Part shown: piece after piece, positions 1 to 12,861 of the stretch | Layout: every line of letters begins with the position of its first letter | Position numbering within the stretch: the first letter of the stretch is position 1 | Source: Octopus bimaculoides | Lineage: Eukaryota | Assembly (NCBI RefSeq): GCF_001194135.2 | Contig: NC_069000.1 | Location: 2,489,932 to 2,553,931, forward strand | DNA: 64,000 bases | Reading direction: 5' to 3' | Made by a program: the position numbers and the translations under genes | Notes under the pieces: generated by a model | Database searches by the model: none | The model's input: only the letters and a program-made list of their open reading frames with translations | What the model was told of the DNA's origin: nothing

Positions 1-154
1 TATATATATATTTATATATGTATATATATATATATATACACGAGTTGTTTGTCTTTCTATCTGAGGCACTTAAACAACGCCGATACGTTTACGTTTCTCC
101 CCTCGGCATGTCTTGTCCCTTAAAGCTCCGCGCTTCCCTATATCTTTTATCTTT

Positions 155-292
155 ATTTCTTTTACTTGTTTCAGCCATTACACTGCGTCCATGCTGGGGC
201 GCACAACCGAGTAACTTTTAGTTGAATGAATTGCCACCGGTAAATATTCTTTTGAAACCTGATACTTGTTCTATCGCATTTTTGCCGAACTC
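155..292 (-). mobile_element. SINE family B, 3' fragment
   Basis: ctttacttgtttcagccattacactgcgtccatgctgg and ctgatacttgttctatcg...tttgccgaac resemble the family B 3' region seen at 1712-1850, 31957-32033 and 60961-61110. Confidence 0.6.
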
Positions 293-350
293 CTAGGCTG
301 TGATTTAGCCGCTATTTTCATTAGCTTATTCGAACGCCAGGTGGCTAGCC

Positions 351-388
351 CTTATCTTGGATCTTATCTTGGATCTTATCTTGGATCT
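351..388. repeat. 12-bp tandem repeat (CTTATCTTGGAT)x3
   Basis: Three exact copies at 351, 363 and 375 plus CT. Confidence 0.95.
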
Positions 389-1711
389 GATTGCTATTTG
401 CAACAATGTCTCGTCTGATGTCATCGTTACTGGTATTAATAACATTTTCACTTGAAATGTATTGGTTTCACTCGTTTGCGATTTTATCACAATTCGAAAA
501 TATTTGAAGTGTATATTTCACGTAATGAATAAATCAATGATGAAGTATATTTGCTGTGCGAGTTCGAACGTAATCGATCCAAAATGTCGGTAATACAATC
601 GACATTGTGATAGATTTCGAGATTGTTCTATTCTCATTCCACCGACAATCATTATCTTATCATTCTAACATTCTGATCATGCAATTAAACATACTCCAGT
701 CTGTGAATATAAATCATTGACATGCATCTAATGAGCAATGCGTGTACAATGTTTCACTGCATATAATATGCAACAGTTATGTCAAATACAATATTCACAT
801 GATATATTCTATTGAATTTGTATTTATAGCGCTTAATGCATACAATATCATATTGGATGATGTGTCACTGGGGATTCCGAGAACCGTATTAATTATATAG
901 CAACAGATATATCTAGACCTATTAAATTACCCAAGGAATGCATTTGTCTTATATTCTGAGATATTTCCTATTTTACATGTATTTCATTAAGATTTCATCA
1001 TCCCCGGAAATCAATCTATCCCTTTCATCTTTTATGGTGTCTCAGCATTGAAGTATAATTTTCAAAGCTTTAAATTAATCCATCTTACAGATTACTTAAG
1101 AAGATGAAGTGCAATTGTGGTCAGAATTTTCAGGCTCCTTGGTGCTGTTGGGAGGTAGGCTGAAAGTTATGCATAAACAGAAGTGTTGCCCAAACACTTC
1201 CAGCGGGAGGGGACTCCAGTGAAGTAATCCATTGAATACTCATGAACAACGGCTTCCGACATATGTTTCGTTTTTCACTAATAAATTTAATTCAGAAAGC
1301 AATAGGGGTGGCTTGCAAAAAGTGCAAAAAGTGACCTGCAGTGCGAGTAAACGTAAAACAAGACTGTTACGAAGCAAAGGCCTCTTTAACTACACAAGAA
1401 TCTCGTATCTAGTATTTAGTTTCAGTTATCATTGTATCGATTCATTACCATTGTATCGATCTGTAATCGTCAAGTGTTTTGATTCGATAAAGGTATAGAG
1501 GCATATGGTTCTGTAGACGTTTCCCTATAGTTTGCTTCTAGGAAATTTCCCTGGAAATGTATGACCCAAGTTGACCAGAGATGCCATGCAGTAGAATCAA
1601 ATCGGCAATCATGTTTTGAAAGCGAATATCTTAACTGCAAATCAATGTCTATGATCAGGTTCCATGTGTCTTCCGAAGCATAATTCTTCATTGCAATCAA
1701 CATGGTGATTT

Positions 1712-2231
1712 ACACCTTTCAGTCGTTAGACTGCAGGTTTTTCCGGGGCACCATCTTGTATTTTTAGTCGAATGACACGACCCTAGTAGATATATTTTTA
1801 AGCTTGTATTTATTCTATCAGTCTTTATTGCCGAACCGCTGTTTCATTTGGAAATAAGTACAAGCGCAGCAACACCGGTTGTCAAGCGGTGGGGGGAGAC
1901 AAACTTAAGCACAGACACACATGCGTAAATTCTTAATTACACATGCAAAGGTTCTACAAAAACGTACGGCAAAGGTGTACTACACATACACACACACGCT
2001 CACACACTCACATACGCACACATACACACACACGCACACATACACACATACATGCATACACACACACACATATACGACGGGATTCTTCCAGTTTCCGTTT
2101 ACCAAATCCACTCACAAGGATTTCGTCGGTCCGAGGTTATAGAAGAAGATACTTGCCCAAAGTGCAACGCACAAGGACTGAACCCAGAACCGTGTGGTTG
2201 GGAAGTATGCTATTTACCACACAGCCACTCA
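1712..2231 (-). mobile_element. SINE family B, near full length, with internal (AC)n/(TA)n tract
   Basis: Minus strand begins gagtggctgtgtggtaaatagc (tRNA-like A box), then ggttctgggttcagtcc (B-box-like) and ttgggcaagtatcttc (CORE-like). Then come an internal microsatellite (about 1975-2072) and a 3' region. Collinear with copies at 34738, 37819 and 60961. Confidence 0.85.
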
Positions 2232-2284
2232 TTCTCCTACTCATTTATATGGGAAAGTTTTCAAATTTTGGTAAAACGCCAGCA

Positions 2285-2445
2285 ATTTGAGGGGAAGAGT
2301 TATTCAATTATATCGACTCCAGTGCTCTACTGGTGTTTATTTTATCGTTCACGAATTGACGAATGGGAAAGTCGACTTCGGCACAGTTTGAACTCGAAAC
2401 GTAAAGACGGGCGAAATACCGCTATTTTCTCCGGGGCGGTGACTA
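2285..2445 (-). mobile_element. SINE family A, degenerate
   Basis: aaagtcgacttcggcacagtttgaactcgaaacgtaaagacgggcgaaataccgcta aligns by eye with 40260-40320 and 43815-43875. Confidence 0.75.
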
Positions 2446-2452
2446 TTCTTCC

Positions 2453-2616
2453 ACAACAACAACAACACCACCAGCACCACCAGCGGCAGCATCACCACCA
2501 CGACCACCACGAACAACAACAACAACTACAACAACAACCGCAGCAACAAGAACAACAACAACAATAATCTCAATAATAATGGCATGTGCGTATATATGTA
2601 CATATATATATATATT

Positions 2617-2662
<46 letters not shown>
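2453..2662. repeat. Compound microsatellite (CAA/CAC/CAG)n then (TA)n
   Basis: Directly visible; source of the poly-Q/H end of ORF 2052-2567. Confidence 0.95.
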
Positions 2663-2667
<5 letters not shown>

Positions 2668-3410
2668 CGATCAATAATCTCAGTAAGAATTCTATTTTTC
2701 TGTTCGTATTGGATTTCTAGAGAATTTTGATATTTCTGTATGTGCAACTTCGTAATTGTGTAAAAGTGTAAATTTAATTTACATTTTCTCCAAGACAAAT
2801 ATTAAACCTTTCTTTATCGAGATAAATTTGATGTTTAATGTATAATCTTCTCCGAATAAGTTGAAAAAGGAAGAAATTATAACATATATAAATAAGACAA
2901 CTTCGAAAATACTGATAAATTCTTGATCTTGTCTCTTTTTATTGCAGGTGAAATGTCACTGGCTGGCATGCCATTTATTGTTTAATACACGGCTATATAA
3001 GTCTCCATAAACAAAACTGACGCCTTTGCTTTCATCCAATGTACAATGAAACATGACTCTCATTTATAATATCGTATAAAACCCACAAGATCTATTTTCA
3101 CTGCTTTCACCTCACAAAATGTCTGTTCACGAATCACTTGCAGAATCTCCATTCATCAACGTCACAGATTCAAGTTTTACAACGTTTGCCGCTAATTTGC
3201 ATTCAGTGATGTTTATTTTACTTCAGCTTGAATTTAATTATGCCATTAGATTGTTATGTAGATGGTATATTTGATAAGGTCCATAACAGAACTTCGACCT
3301 CTTAAACTCTTTCATTGATGGGATAACTTCGTGGCATTTTCTCTTTCTCTTTGACATACTTCTTAAGCGAATTTCTTAATAAAATTGTGAGATAAAATGT
3401 TTGTTTGTCA

Positions 3411-3412
<2 letters not shown>

Positions 3413-3442
<30 letters not shown>

Positions 3443-3600
3443 CCTTCCTCTCCCCCTGTCTCTCTGTATATATATACATATATATATACATATATNNNNN
3501 NNNNNNNNNNNNNNNNNNNTATATATATATATATTTACACACACACACACTCACACACACACACACACACACACACACATGCACAGTTACACGTACACAC
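3413..3600. repeat. Compound (TCTA)n/(TA)n/gap/(AC)n
   Basis: Directly visible; gap at 3496-3519. Confidence 0.95.
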
Positions 3601-4529
3601 ATTTATATAGTGTCTCGTGCATTTAAGACAAATTTAAGGATTATGCAGATTTTCTCACTGCAACCAAAGCAAGACAATATGTCTACAAGTTAATGGTTTC
3701 CATATATTTTCTGAATACAAACAGCTATGACTGTTAAACTAGGGGTCGCTCTTCAACCCTTAGGTTAGCAGCAGTTAGAAAGTTTCACAATCAAAGTTTT
3801 TTATCTGAAAGTGGTAACCCAGGCTCTTCACAGTATATTTCCGATCCATCCATCATATTTCAATGATTGCAGATTCTGATTTTTGAAATATTTAGCAACT
3901 CTTTCTACCAGGGCAATTTTCCACCTAGAGACATTTTCATTGGCTCGATTCTTTACAATCATTTTCAAAGTTGATTGGAGGGAAATATCTAATAAACTCA
4001 CAATAAAGCCTTTGACATATCATGCCATTTTAGCTTCATCACAAACACTGCCATAACAAAATATATATTAAACACATCGGGTGCTCATGCGTGTGCCCAG
4101 TCTCATATGATGGCAAAATCTCGCCTATCCGTATTAATATCAACATCTGCATTATTGTTAGTATTTTACGTAATCTCACATTCTAAAAATCTTTAATTTT
4201 AGATGATTATTATTTTCTACATAGTTAAGGAAGTGTTCAAATGATTAGAGTGCCTTTCTGAGACTTTCCAGCTGTAAGTATGGAAAACAAGTAAACTTTG
4301 GAAAAATTAAAGGAAAAGTTCTTAAAAGAATATTTGCATAGTATTCAAATGCAAGTGGCGTTTTCATTGTTCCTGCCTGTCTCTGTCTCTCTCGTGGGTT
4401 CGAAGCCATTGTGAATTCTTGGCAAGAAGTAGAAGAAAAAAGAAGAATGCGAGAGCAGTATGATAGTAGTAGGATGTTAAATGGTCAAGTGCCCTGAAAG
4501 TGACTTGTTGTAGATAATATATATATTAC

Positions 4530-4646
4530 AAAGGATGAAATGCAAAGTAAACCTCGACACAATTTGAAATCAGAACGTAGCACCGGGCAAAATACCGCTT
4601 AGGATTCCGTATACAGTGCTAACGACTCTACCAGCTGGCCGCCTTT
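4530..4646 (-). mobile_element. SINE family A, 5' half
   Basis: aaaggatgaaatgcaaagtaaacctcgacacaatttgaaatcagaacg...gtgctaacgactctaccagctggccgcc matches the family A head. Confidence 0.75.
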
Positions 4647-5571
4647 ATACATTCATAAGTAATATCTAGAAGAATACATTGTCTATTGTGTCCATCAAAT
4701 GATTTTTAATACAGTAGTATGTGTGTGTGATATGTGAGATATTCTATTGCTATTCATAGTAGTTCAAACTATATGCGTTAATATTACACATCTCCAGGGG
4801 AGCACTATAATTATTTGGTACGATTCATTTCACTGCAGTCTTTTATAGTTTACATATTTCCCGTATTTTATTGTCTCTGCTCCCCAGTGAGAAGGAATGT
4901 GATAAACTAACCGAGTGGTTGTTGATCTTTAAAGCTGCTATAATAGTTATAATGCAGTTAAGTTTATAGACGTGTTGCCTGTATCTTGAGAAAGGCATTT
5001 GTCCTCATCGAAAGAATTTCTACGTGTATCCGCATAAAATATTATGATTAGTAGATTCCCTTTATGATATACCCTGCCGTTGTGCATGTGACCGAGGACC
5101 ACATGTGAATTTGACTTCCTATAGACGCTCCAAACATGAACTAATCGTTGGCTGGAGCCGGTTCAAACCATTCCTGGTAAAATCCGTCGAAAGCACAAGG
5201 ATTTAAGTATGGCGTACCATTTCAAAAGACAATAAAAAACCCAACGGTGGGAATATTGGTTAAAGTATTAAACAATCTACTGTCGCTGAAACAGAGTCGA
5301 TGTCGGCACGGAAGGAATTTATTCAACCATTGACTTGCCTTCTATATCGATAGGTTGACAGTCATCAGCAGCATCTACAACGCCAACAATAGCATTACAT
5401 CCGGTTTGTATGGTATCAATAGACACACTGTATTCGAAACAAAAGCAGGATGGCTATGGATGGAGTGTATTTCGTTATTGATACATACTATTGTAGATTC
5501 ATATGTATAATAATGACATTAGCATCATCTTCCTTATCATCATCATCACCACCAACGATAATATCAATACA

Positions 5572-5615
5572 TTCCAGTATGGCCGCAGTCTAATAACTGA
5601 AGCAAGTAAATGATA
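5572..5615 (+). mobile_element. SINE family B, 3' terminal fragment
   Basis: ttccagtatggccgcagtctaataactgaagcaagtaaa is similar to the reverse complement of the family B 3' ends at 155-195 and 60961-61005. Confidence 0.55.
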
Positions 5616-6005
5616 GAGGAAAAGACTGGCAATCTAGTCTTGGAATTTTCTTCATCGCTTTGACATAATTGACAAACAAAATCCAATTCGATGGATTCTG
5701 AACTCGAACTGTAAAAGAACTGACCTGTACGTAGAAAGCAAATGCCAACCTCCCTTCTAATAATATTACTACTATAACACTCCGAATATTACGCAAAAGC
5801 TGTTTTAGAAATATTGATTTTTCACTGTAATATATAATTTGAAACATATTTGTATTTCCTATTGACATAAGATTTTTTTTTTTCTATTTGATATTTCAAA
5901 TTTGTTAATAACGTCATTTTTCCCAAATAGTACCATATGTCTTTCTAACACTATATTTTCAATGATATTGTAAAACGATTTCTAATATCTCTTGTTTTGT
6001 TTCCA

Positions 6006-6020
6006 TTATTATTATTATTA

Positions 6021-6093
<73 letters not shown>

Positions 6094-6180
6094 NNNNNNN
6101 NNNNNNNNNNNNNNNNNNNNNNNNNNNNNNNNNNNNNNNNNNNNNNNNNNNNNNNNNNNNNNNNNNNNNNNNNNNNNNNN
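6006..6180. repeat. (TTA)n running into a gap
   Basis: Directly visible; gap at 6094-6180. Confidence 0.95.
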
Positions 6181-6859
6181 TATATATATTTATTTATTTT
6201 TATAATTTCAACTATACGCCTTCCATTGAATTTAGCAATACTTCGCATGAATTACGAGCTTGAAACGTATCTTGTAAAAGAATCGGCAATCTCGAATTTT
6301 TCCTTGACTTTAAACATCGTCATTGAATCATTTACAAGAATAACATCCCTTTTACATCTTCGCATACATTTTAGATTAAATTTAAACTTTCAAAATTTCG
6401 CCTACAGCGTAAAGAAACGTGTAAAACATCAATAGCAGCAACAACTTCAAAATAGTCATCGTATATTTTCTTTATACAATTCTCTTTTTGTATTCCTTTA
6501 TTAGTTTAGAGAATGCTACTAGAGGGAAACAACTTCGCTCACAATATGCGCTTTTCATACGATATTCTTGATAACTGTATATTGAAAAAGGGAATAACAA
6601 ATTTAAATTGCCACTTTAACTTGTACGCCATGAGAGAGTTTGATTTTTCAAATTTGGGGTGTAACGACTGACCTAATTTGCATGACATTAGTAAAACAAA
6701 AGATGCGCTAAATCACTATGCGTGTTTCTAAAAGAAACTCATTTATATAATATATGTTACGGATGTACTTACGCATGTGTATATATCTATGTATCAATTT
6801 ATCTATCTATCGGTCTGTGTGTTTGTATGTATCTCTCCCTCCCCCTCTCTCTCTCTATC

Positions 6860-6922
<63 letters not shown>

Positions 6923-7819
6923 CAGCTGTATAGTTTGGTCATTACAGTAATACAATGCGATGTACATATGTAGACAAATCAGCAAAGACTGATATTTCAA
7001 TATTTCACTAATATATTCATAAATACATACGTTTCATGTGTGTTGTTCCTCTCTTCCTCTCAACTATACGATATATTTCTAATAGAAAAAATTCGCTGAC
7101 CTGTATCTAGTGTCCGGATATCTGTTTTCATTTTCGTTTTCATATAATTTATGGAAAGAATGTTACAACCAGTTCACTTCCCTCTTACATGCGTGCCATT
7201 TATTCCATATGGACATTGCAATTGCTCTAATCATAATAATTCTTACATCTGCCTGAAGGATTTGTCACATACAAATGTCGAAGTCGTTTTACCGCGATAA
7301 ATTGCGGTTGTTTCTTCGCCACACTTTTACTTTATATAATGCATGTCATCATACTAAGGTAATAACATGTCTACATTACCTGTTTATAATTTAGAAACAA
7401 TCATTGATAATATAATATCTCGGCGAAATAATATGATATCATTATAAATTCACCTGTTATTACTTTATCATTGCGTATCCGTTATTTCTAAATCGACAAC
7501 AGTCTTCCTCAGACCAGAAATCGTCATATTTTAGTTTCATAATTGCATGCTGACAGACAAAATTATAAACGGTTGTAAAACAACATGGTATAGAAATAAT
7601 CAGTTATATAAACAGAAATAGATGTGAAGAGACGAAGAGATACCAGGCAATATGTATAATGAGTGACGTAATCAACAATCAACGAGGAAAACCAAAACTC
7701 GTCGTATATTGACAGGTTCAATTATTGTGGAAAATGGAAAATGAAATCTATTGTTTGAATACAGTAAGAATGGCACTCCCTCTTTCTTTCCTTCTCCCTC
7801 TTTCATCTTCTCTCACATC

Positions 7820-7860
<41 letters not shown>

Positions 7861-8002
7861 CGACTGATGAAGATTCTGCTTCTCAGAGACGCCCGCCTGG
7901 ATTTGAGTAATGTTTGTTTTATTTATAATGAAATAGATGTCTGTGTCACATGTTTCAAATATCAATGTTTATTGTAATTCGATAATAGTAATATCAAGCC
8001 CT

Positions 8003-8210
8003 TATCCTTTAGGGACAAGGCCTGAAATTTGGGTGAGTTGGGTAGTCCATTACATCGATCGCAGTACTCAACTGGCATTTATTATATCGACCCCGAAAAC
8101 TAATGGGAGAGTCGACCTCAGCGGAATTCGAACAATGAACATGAAGACGAATGAAAAGCCGCTAAGCATTTCTCCGACGTGCCAACGATTTTGCTAGCTC
8201 ACCGTCTTAA
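8003..8210 (-). mobile_element. SINE family A, near full length
   Basis: agggacaaggcctgaaatttggg...tcgaccccgaaa...gtcgacctcagcggaattcgaac...gctaagcatttc...gctagctcaccgtc, collinear with 40148-40330 and 43717-43922. Confidence 0.85.
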
Positions 8211-8249
8211 TAATGATAATAATAATTTGATATATTGCATTATGATCAC

Positions 8250-9422
8250 ATTCAGAAGTGTATCTTGCGCAGCGCATCATCTAACATCAGTGAGAACAAC
8301 AGAAGAATGCATCTAGGTGATTGCTGAGACTGTTAAATATTGAAGCTAAATCTTCAAGTCATACGACTTCATCTTATGTTCGGCCATAGATAAAATATTT
8401 ATAGAGGTAATGTCTGAAATATTGATGGAATTGTCACGGTGGGAATGAATTTGATCCTAAGGAAGACCATTCTGATCTCATCTTAGGTATAGAAGGAATA
8501 AAAAGCTCGAATTTATGAGTCTATAAATTTTAATAGACTCTCAACTGATTCGATCGTATCATTAGCGAGTTAACTCTACTTATGTCGTCAATGCTTTTGA
8601 AAAATTCATGAATATCTGACACTCCCATTTCCTTCCACTTAAGTATCTCGGACTTTTTTTTCCGATTCGGTAAATAACGATTATATATTTGAAGGATTCT
8701 GTATGAGAGGAAATAACTTCTGAAAGTTATAATCTTCGTGACAAGTTGCGTTGTTCAATGAAGCCACTATGGATTTCAAAATGTTGTCATGACCCAGCAT
8801 TGGAAATATCATTTGAATCATAGTTTTGGAATTCATTTCGTGTAGATATGGAATTATGGCTTCTCGTAATGGCATCATTTGTTGACAACAGTAGACAAAT
8901 ACGAACGATTGCACATATGCCTCGTCTTCGAAGATTAATTCAGCGAAGATTTAACATGACATAATCTGACATCAAACAATAAATTACGCTCGGTCTAACA
9001 GCCACTGTTGCATTCCCTAATACATACATATTGCTACATCCCTGTTTTATATACAAACATAGACAAATCGGATGCCCTCTAGTGACGTGTTGGGTATTCA
9101 AATCTCCAAGACGAGTCCATTCATATGGAAACAATTCGTTTCCGAGACATTAAAATTTATAATATATTCTGAGGTGAAAACAAAGCTTTATCAATCAAAC
9201 ATTTGAAAAAATATATATCTTTCTTTTTTTTTATTTGTTATTCAATATATCGGAAAAATCAATATCAAAACAACCATCGCCGATCGATTCACAGAACCAA
9301 AAACAGTGAATGACAAAATACCCGGCTGTTATGTTTACATTTCTGTCGGTAAAAGTTGTGAGTTCAATCCCGCTGAGGTTAAATTTATTGAGTTTTTTTT
9401 TTTGTTTTAGTTTTATAATCAC
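8250..9422 (-). pseudogene. Candidate decayed coding sequence of unknown family
   Basis: Track ORFs 9231-9422 and 8940-9134 share one frame with only three stops between them. A ~90-codon open frame follows (IFAELIFEDEAYVQSF...PSNI), then KSEILKWKEMGVSDIHEFFKSIDDIS after a shift in an A-run. The stretch is high-complexity with no microsatellites. Confidence 0.35.
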
Positions 9423-9589
9423 AAACTCGATAAAATAATTTGCGGTGAATTACTGGGCCATTGAAATCGAATATCCCACATGCATGAAATATGAAGCCTT
9501 GCGTTTGTGTTAGAAATTGATTTCTTAGAAACGCAATATTTCGAGTACAACCTGTGGCTGAGGTTCAAATATTCACCAAGAGGTGAAGA

Positions 9590-9715
9590 TGCGTGATATT
9601 ATGGTTTGACTATTCGATTCACGATCGTAGGTCGTGAACTCTATTCTCGGCAATGTGCTGTGGCCTTAAACTTGACACTTTATTTCAAGTTGCTCCACTC
9701 CACTCACCTGGCAAT
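9590..9715 (+). mobile_element. tRNA-derived SINE head fragment related to the 13563-13803 element
   Basis: cactttatttcaagttgctccactccactcacctggcaata matches the reverse complement of 13690-13730. Confidence 0.6.
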
Positions 9716-10589
9716 AATTATGTAATTGTGTAATTCGAAAGACTAGCCGTGTTGCATTCTGTGTCACGATGAATATCTCTGATAACACGACCATCTTAAA
9801 AAGGATATTAACACCAAAAACATGACAGAGACAATAGGGAAGGACACAAAATATGCAACTACAGGATGACTACTGATGGATAAACGCGGTTGATATGTTT
9901 ATTTGACCTAGTATTAAACAAAAATAATAAAAACAAGTTTGACACTTGAGTACGGGTACTATTCATCGACGAAAATATGAACTTGTAAAAGCTAATGGAA
10001 GACTCGTAAATATTAGAGTGCTTCCACTACTTTCTGCAGTTGTATTAAAGGAAGCAATGCTAAGAAATTGTTAACATGCCAGACACAACACTTACATAGC
10101 CTATCATTTTATAAAATGGATGGACAATTTTGATATTGTTGTCACAAATACATTACGCTTCGAAAAGTCGAAATAATACAATCTGATACAACTATGATCA
10201 AATATATTCATGTGCAGTGTTGATATGCTTTTTGTAATTATATAATATAATTTCGGATTGCCTCACAGTCTCCGAAAGAATAAAACACTAAAATATCACA
10301 CTGGTTTGTTGAGGCAGTTCCCTCGACCGAGCTGTCTGCTGATCTACGCTTCAAAGAGATCGTCCATTTTTAGGCGGCCAAAATATATGAACACATGGAC
10401 AACATCCAGCTACCAACTGTTTACTGTGACGACGGCTACCAACTGTTTACTGTATATTGCCTACATTGACCTGATATATTCTCTTCTAATGGTGTGGCAG
10501 GCTAACAACTGAGCCTCATTTGCAGAAAATCTGTTGCAGTCCAAAAACTTCTTAGATGTCTTGCTACAAGACTGAATACCCGGGGAAGT

Positions 10590-10721
10590 GGGTCGATAGC
10601 GGAAATCCGCTCTGGGCGGCACTTTTGAGTCTGCTGTAGGCAATATACATGTTTTTGAGGGGTCCGCGGGCGGCAAACAGAAGGGCCGCCCCGGGCAGCA
10701 CGCACTCTGGCTGCGCTAGTG
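10590..10721. mobile_element. GC-rich remnant resembling a DNA-transposon/MITE terminus
   Basis: Reverse complement reads cactagcgcagccagagtgcgtgctgcccggggcggccc, like the CAGTGGCGTAGCCAG-type termini of non-autonomous DNA elements. No partner terminus found. Confidence 0.3.
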
Positions 10722-12034
10722 ATACTAAGCCAAAGAAAAACACAAAGACTTTGCAGATTTGCTGAATTTTACAAAAGAATTGTCAGACTGTAAGTTCTGT
10801 CGAACAAGTAAAGAAGCATCTCTGAAATCGCTTGGCCTTTAACAAATGGCAACAATTTCTGAAAGCGTATTCTTCCAATTATTGGTGGGATGGGTATGAG
10901 TGAATCATTTTAAAATACGATTCTCTGTAAGGAAAATAAAGAAAGGAACCAAGTCCAAGACAAGGTATTCACCTTAACAACTAATCATTTTTCTGAGCTC
11001 CATCTCAGCTCCCGTGTATTAATTTTATCTACCAACGCAGCTTCTCTGCCTCTCCTGGAGCAGATAGATGCAAAGATAATCTTACAGAAACACATATATT
11101 CTATGTATCGCGTGTTTTTATGTGTATGTGTGTGTAGTATATTTATTATCAACATTACATATTGATATTAATGTATATAGACATGGGCATATAACGTGCA
11201 TTACTCCGGACTAAATGCTCTTTCTAATTTACTTCCTCTCTGGATTTTCTTCCTCTTTCCGACGAAGATCCGTACTCAAAACGTCATTTCCACTTCTATT
11301 TTCCCATCTAAAACTTTCACTGAGCGTCAATCTAATACATTTACTGTGTTCATTTAGTTGACGTTTATTGTATTTTCTTTTTTTAATTTTTGATATGACT
11401 ATATATATATATAAATAAATACGTGCCTTTGTGTGTGCGTGCACGTGAGTGCGTACGTGAATGTACTTGCATGTGTATACGTGCATGTGTATATGTGTGT
11501 GCATGTGTGCGTACATATACACTCTAACACACCTATACATTTCTTTATACGTATGTTTTACTCTGAAGTTCCTTGTTCTTTTCTCACAAGTGCAATTTTA
11601 AATGTAGTTTTATTCGGCGAAATATGGTACGGATTACTATGTCAAATGAATGAATATATACATTTTAATATTTCGAAAAGAAGTAATTAAAATGATTGAT
11701 ATGCGTTTTAGAAAAAAAAAACCCTCGCACATTTGAAAATAAGGAGTTATTGATGTATAAGCATATGTATCCATATACATACAACCACATATACATACAT
11801 ATATATATGCATTTATATATACACACACACATATATGCGTGTGTGTGTGTGCGTGTGTGTATGTGCGTGTGCGTGCGTGTGTGATCACTAAAATTAAATA
11901 ATGACATCAAGTTATTTTCTATTAATATGACAAAACCATACGTGCCTGTTTTATTGACTGGCCGAGTCGAAGCCAAATATGATATTGAAGTTTTAGTACG
12001 AACGACGAACCGCAGAGTGCTTGTGGTTGTCGTT

Positions 12035-12132
12035 GCTGTTGTTCCTCCTCTTCTTCTTTTTCTTGTTCTTGTTCTTAATCTTGTTCTTCTTCTTCTTTTT
12101 TCTTTTTCGCCAACATCACCACCACCTCCGCC

Positions 12133-12187
<55 letters not shown>

Positions 12188-12191
12188 CCAC

Positions 12192-12223
<32 letters not shown>

Positions 12224-12270
12224 CCACCACCATCTTCACCACCATCATCATCATCATCATCATCATCATT

Positions 12271-12316
<46 letters not shown>

Positions 12317-12434
12317 CCACCGTCACCACCATCATCATCATCATCATCATTATCAACATCATCAACTTTTTCCTTCCATTCTACTCTTTCTTCCATCCTT
12401 ACCAACACTATCCCACCATCAACCCTATTTCCAA

Positions 12435-12468
<34 letters not shown>

Positions 12469-12816
12469 GCAAACATTAATGTGTTTGTCACACTTCGTAC
12501 GTGAAAGACCGATAGTGAATGAAGAGAGAACAAAAGAAATTGAATAAATATAGTCAAGAAAATAAAAAAAATAAAACGTATGATCACCATCATCATTATC
12601 GTCATCGTCATCACCATCCTGCTGCTGTCCCTCTTCATCATTGCCATCGTCATCGTCACCATCACTATCTCATCATCATCATCATCATCATCATCATCAC
12701 CATCGTCGTTCTATTCATAATTGCTGCTCATCTCCCCCAGCTAATCATCGTCATCATCACCATCATCATTACCATCATCAATCACACCACCTCCTCCAGC
12801 ATTACCACCACCGCTT

Positions 12817-12861
<45 letters not shown>

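Noticed and set aside
2052-2567. 171-aa ORF ending in poly-Q/H
   Set aside because: Made of the antisense of two SINEs plus a CAA/CAC microsatellite
7253-7285. CTGAAGG-ATTTGT-cacat-ACAAAT-GTCGAAG hammerhead-like hairpin
   Set aside because: Core deviates at several positions (no A9, no GAAA) and there is no helix I or III
7864-7890. CTGATGA...GAGAC
   Set aside because: No convincing helix II, GAGAC instead of GAAAC, and no cleavage triplet or helix I
9100-9140. LFPYEW resembling the KGxFPY(E) motif of Polinton/Maverick DNA polymerase B
   Set aside because: Lacks the preceding KG and the downstream LPPxxxFYS motif; too short to assign
9956-9990. VLFIDE Walker-B-like peptide
   Set aside because: Stops follow within a few codons, with no Walker A or other helicase motif nearby
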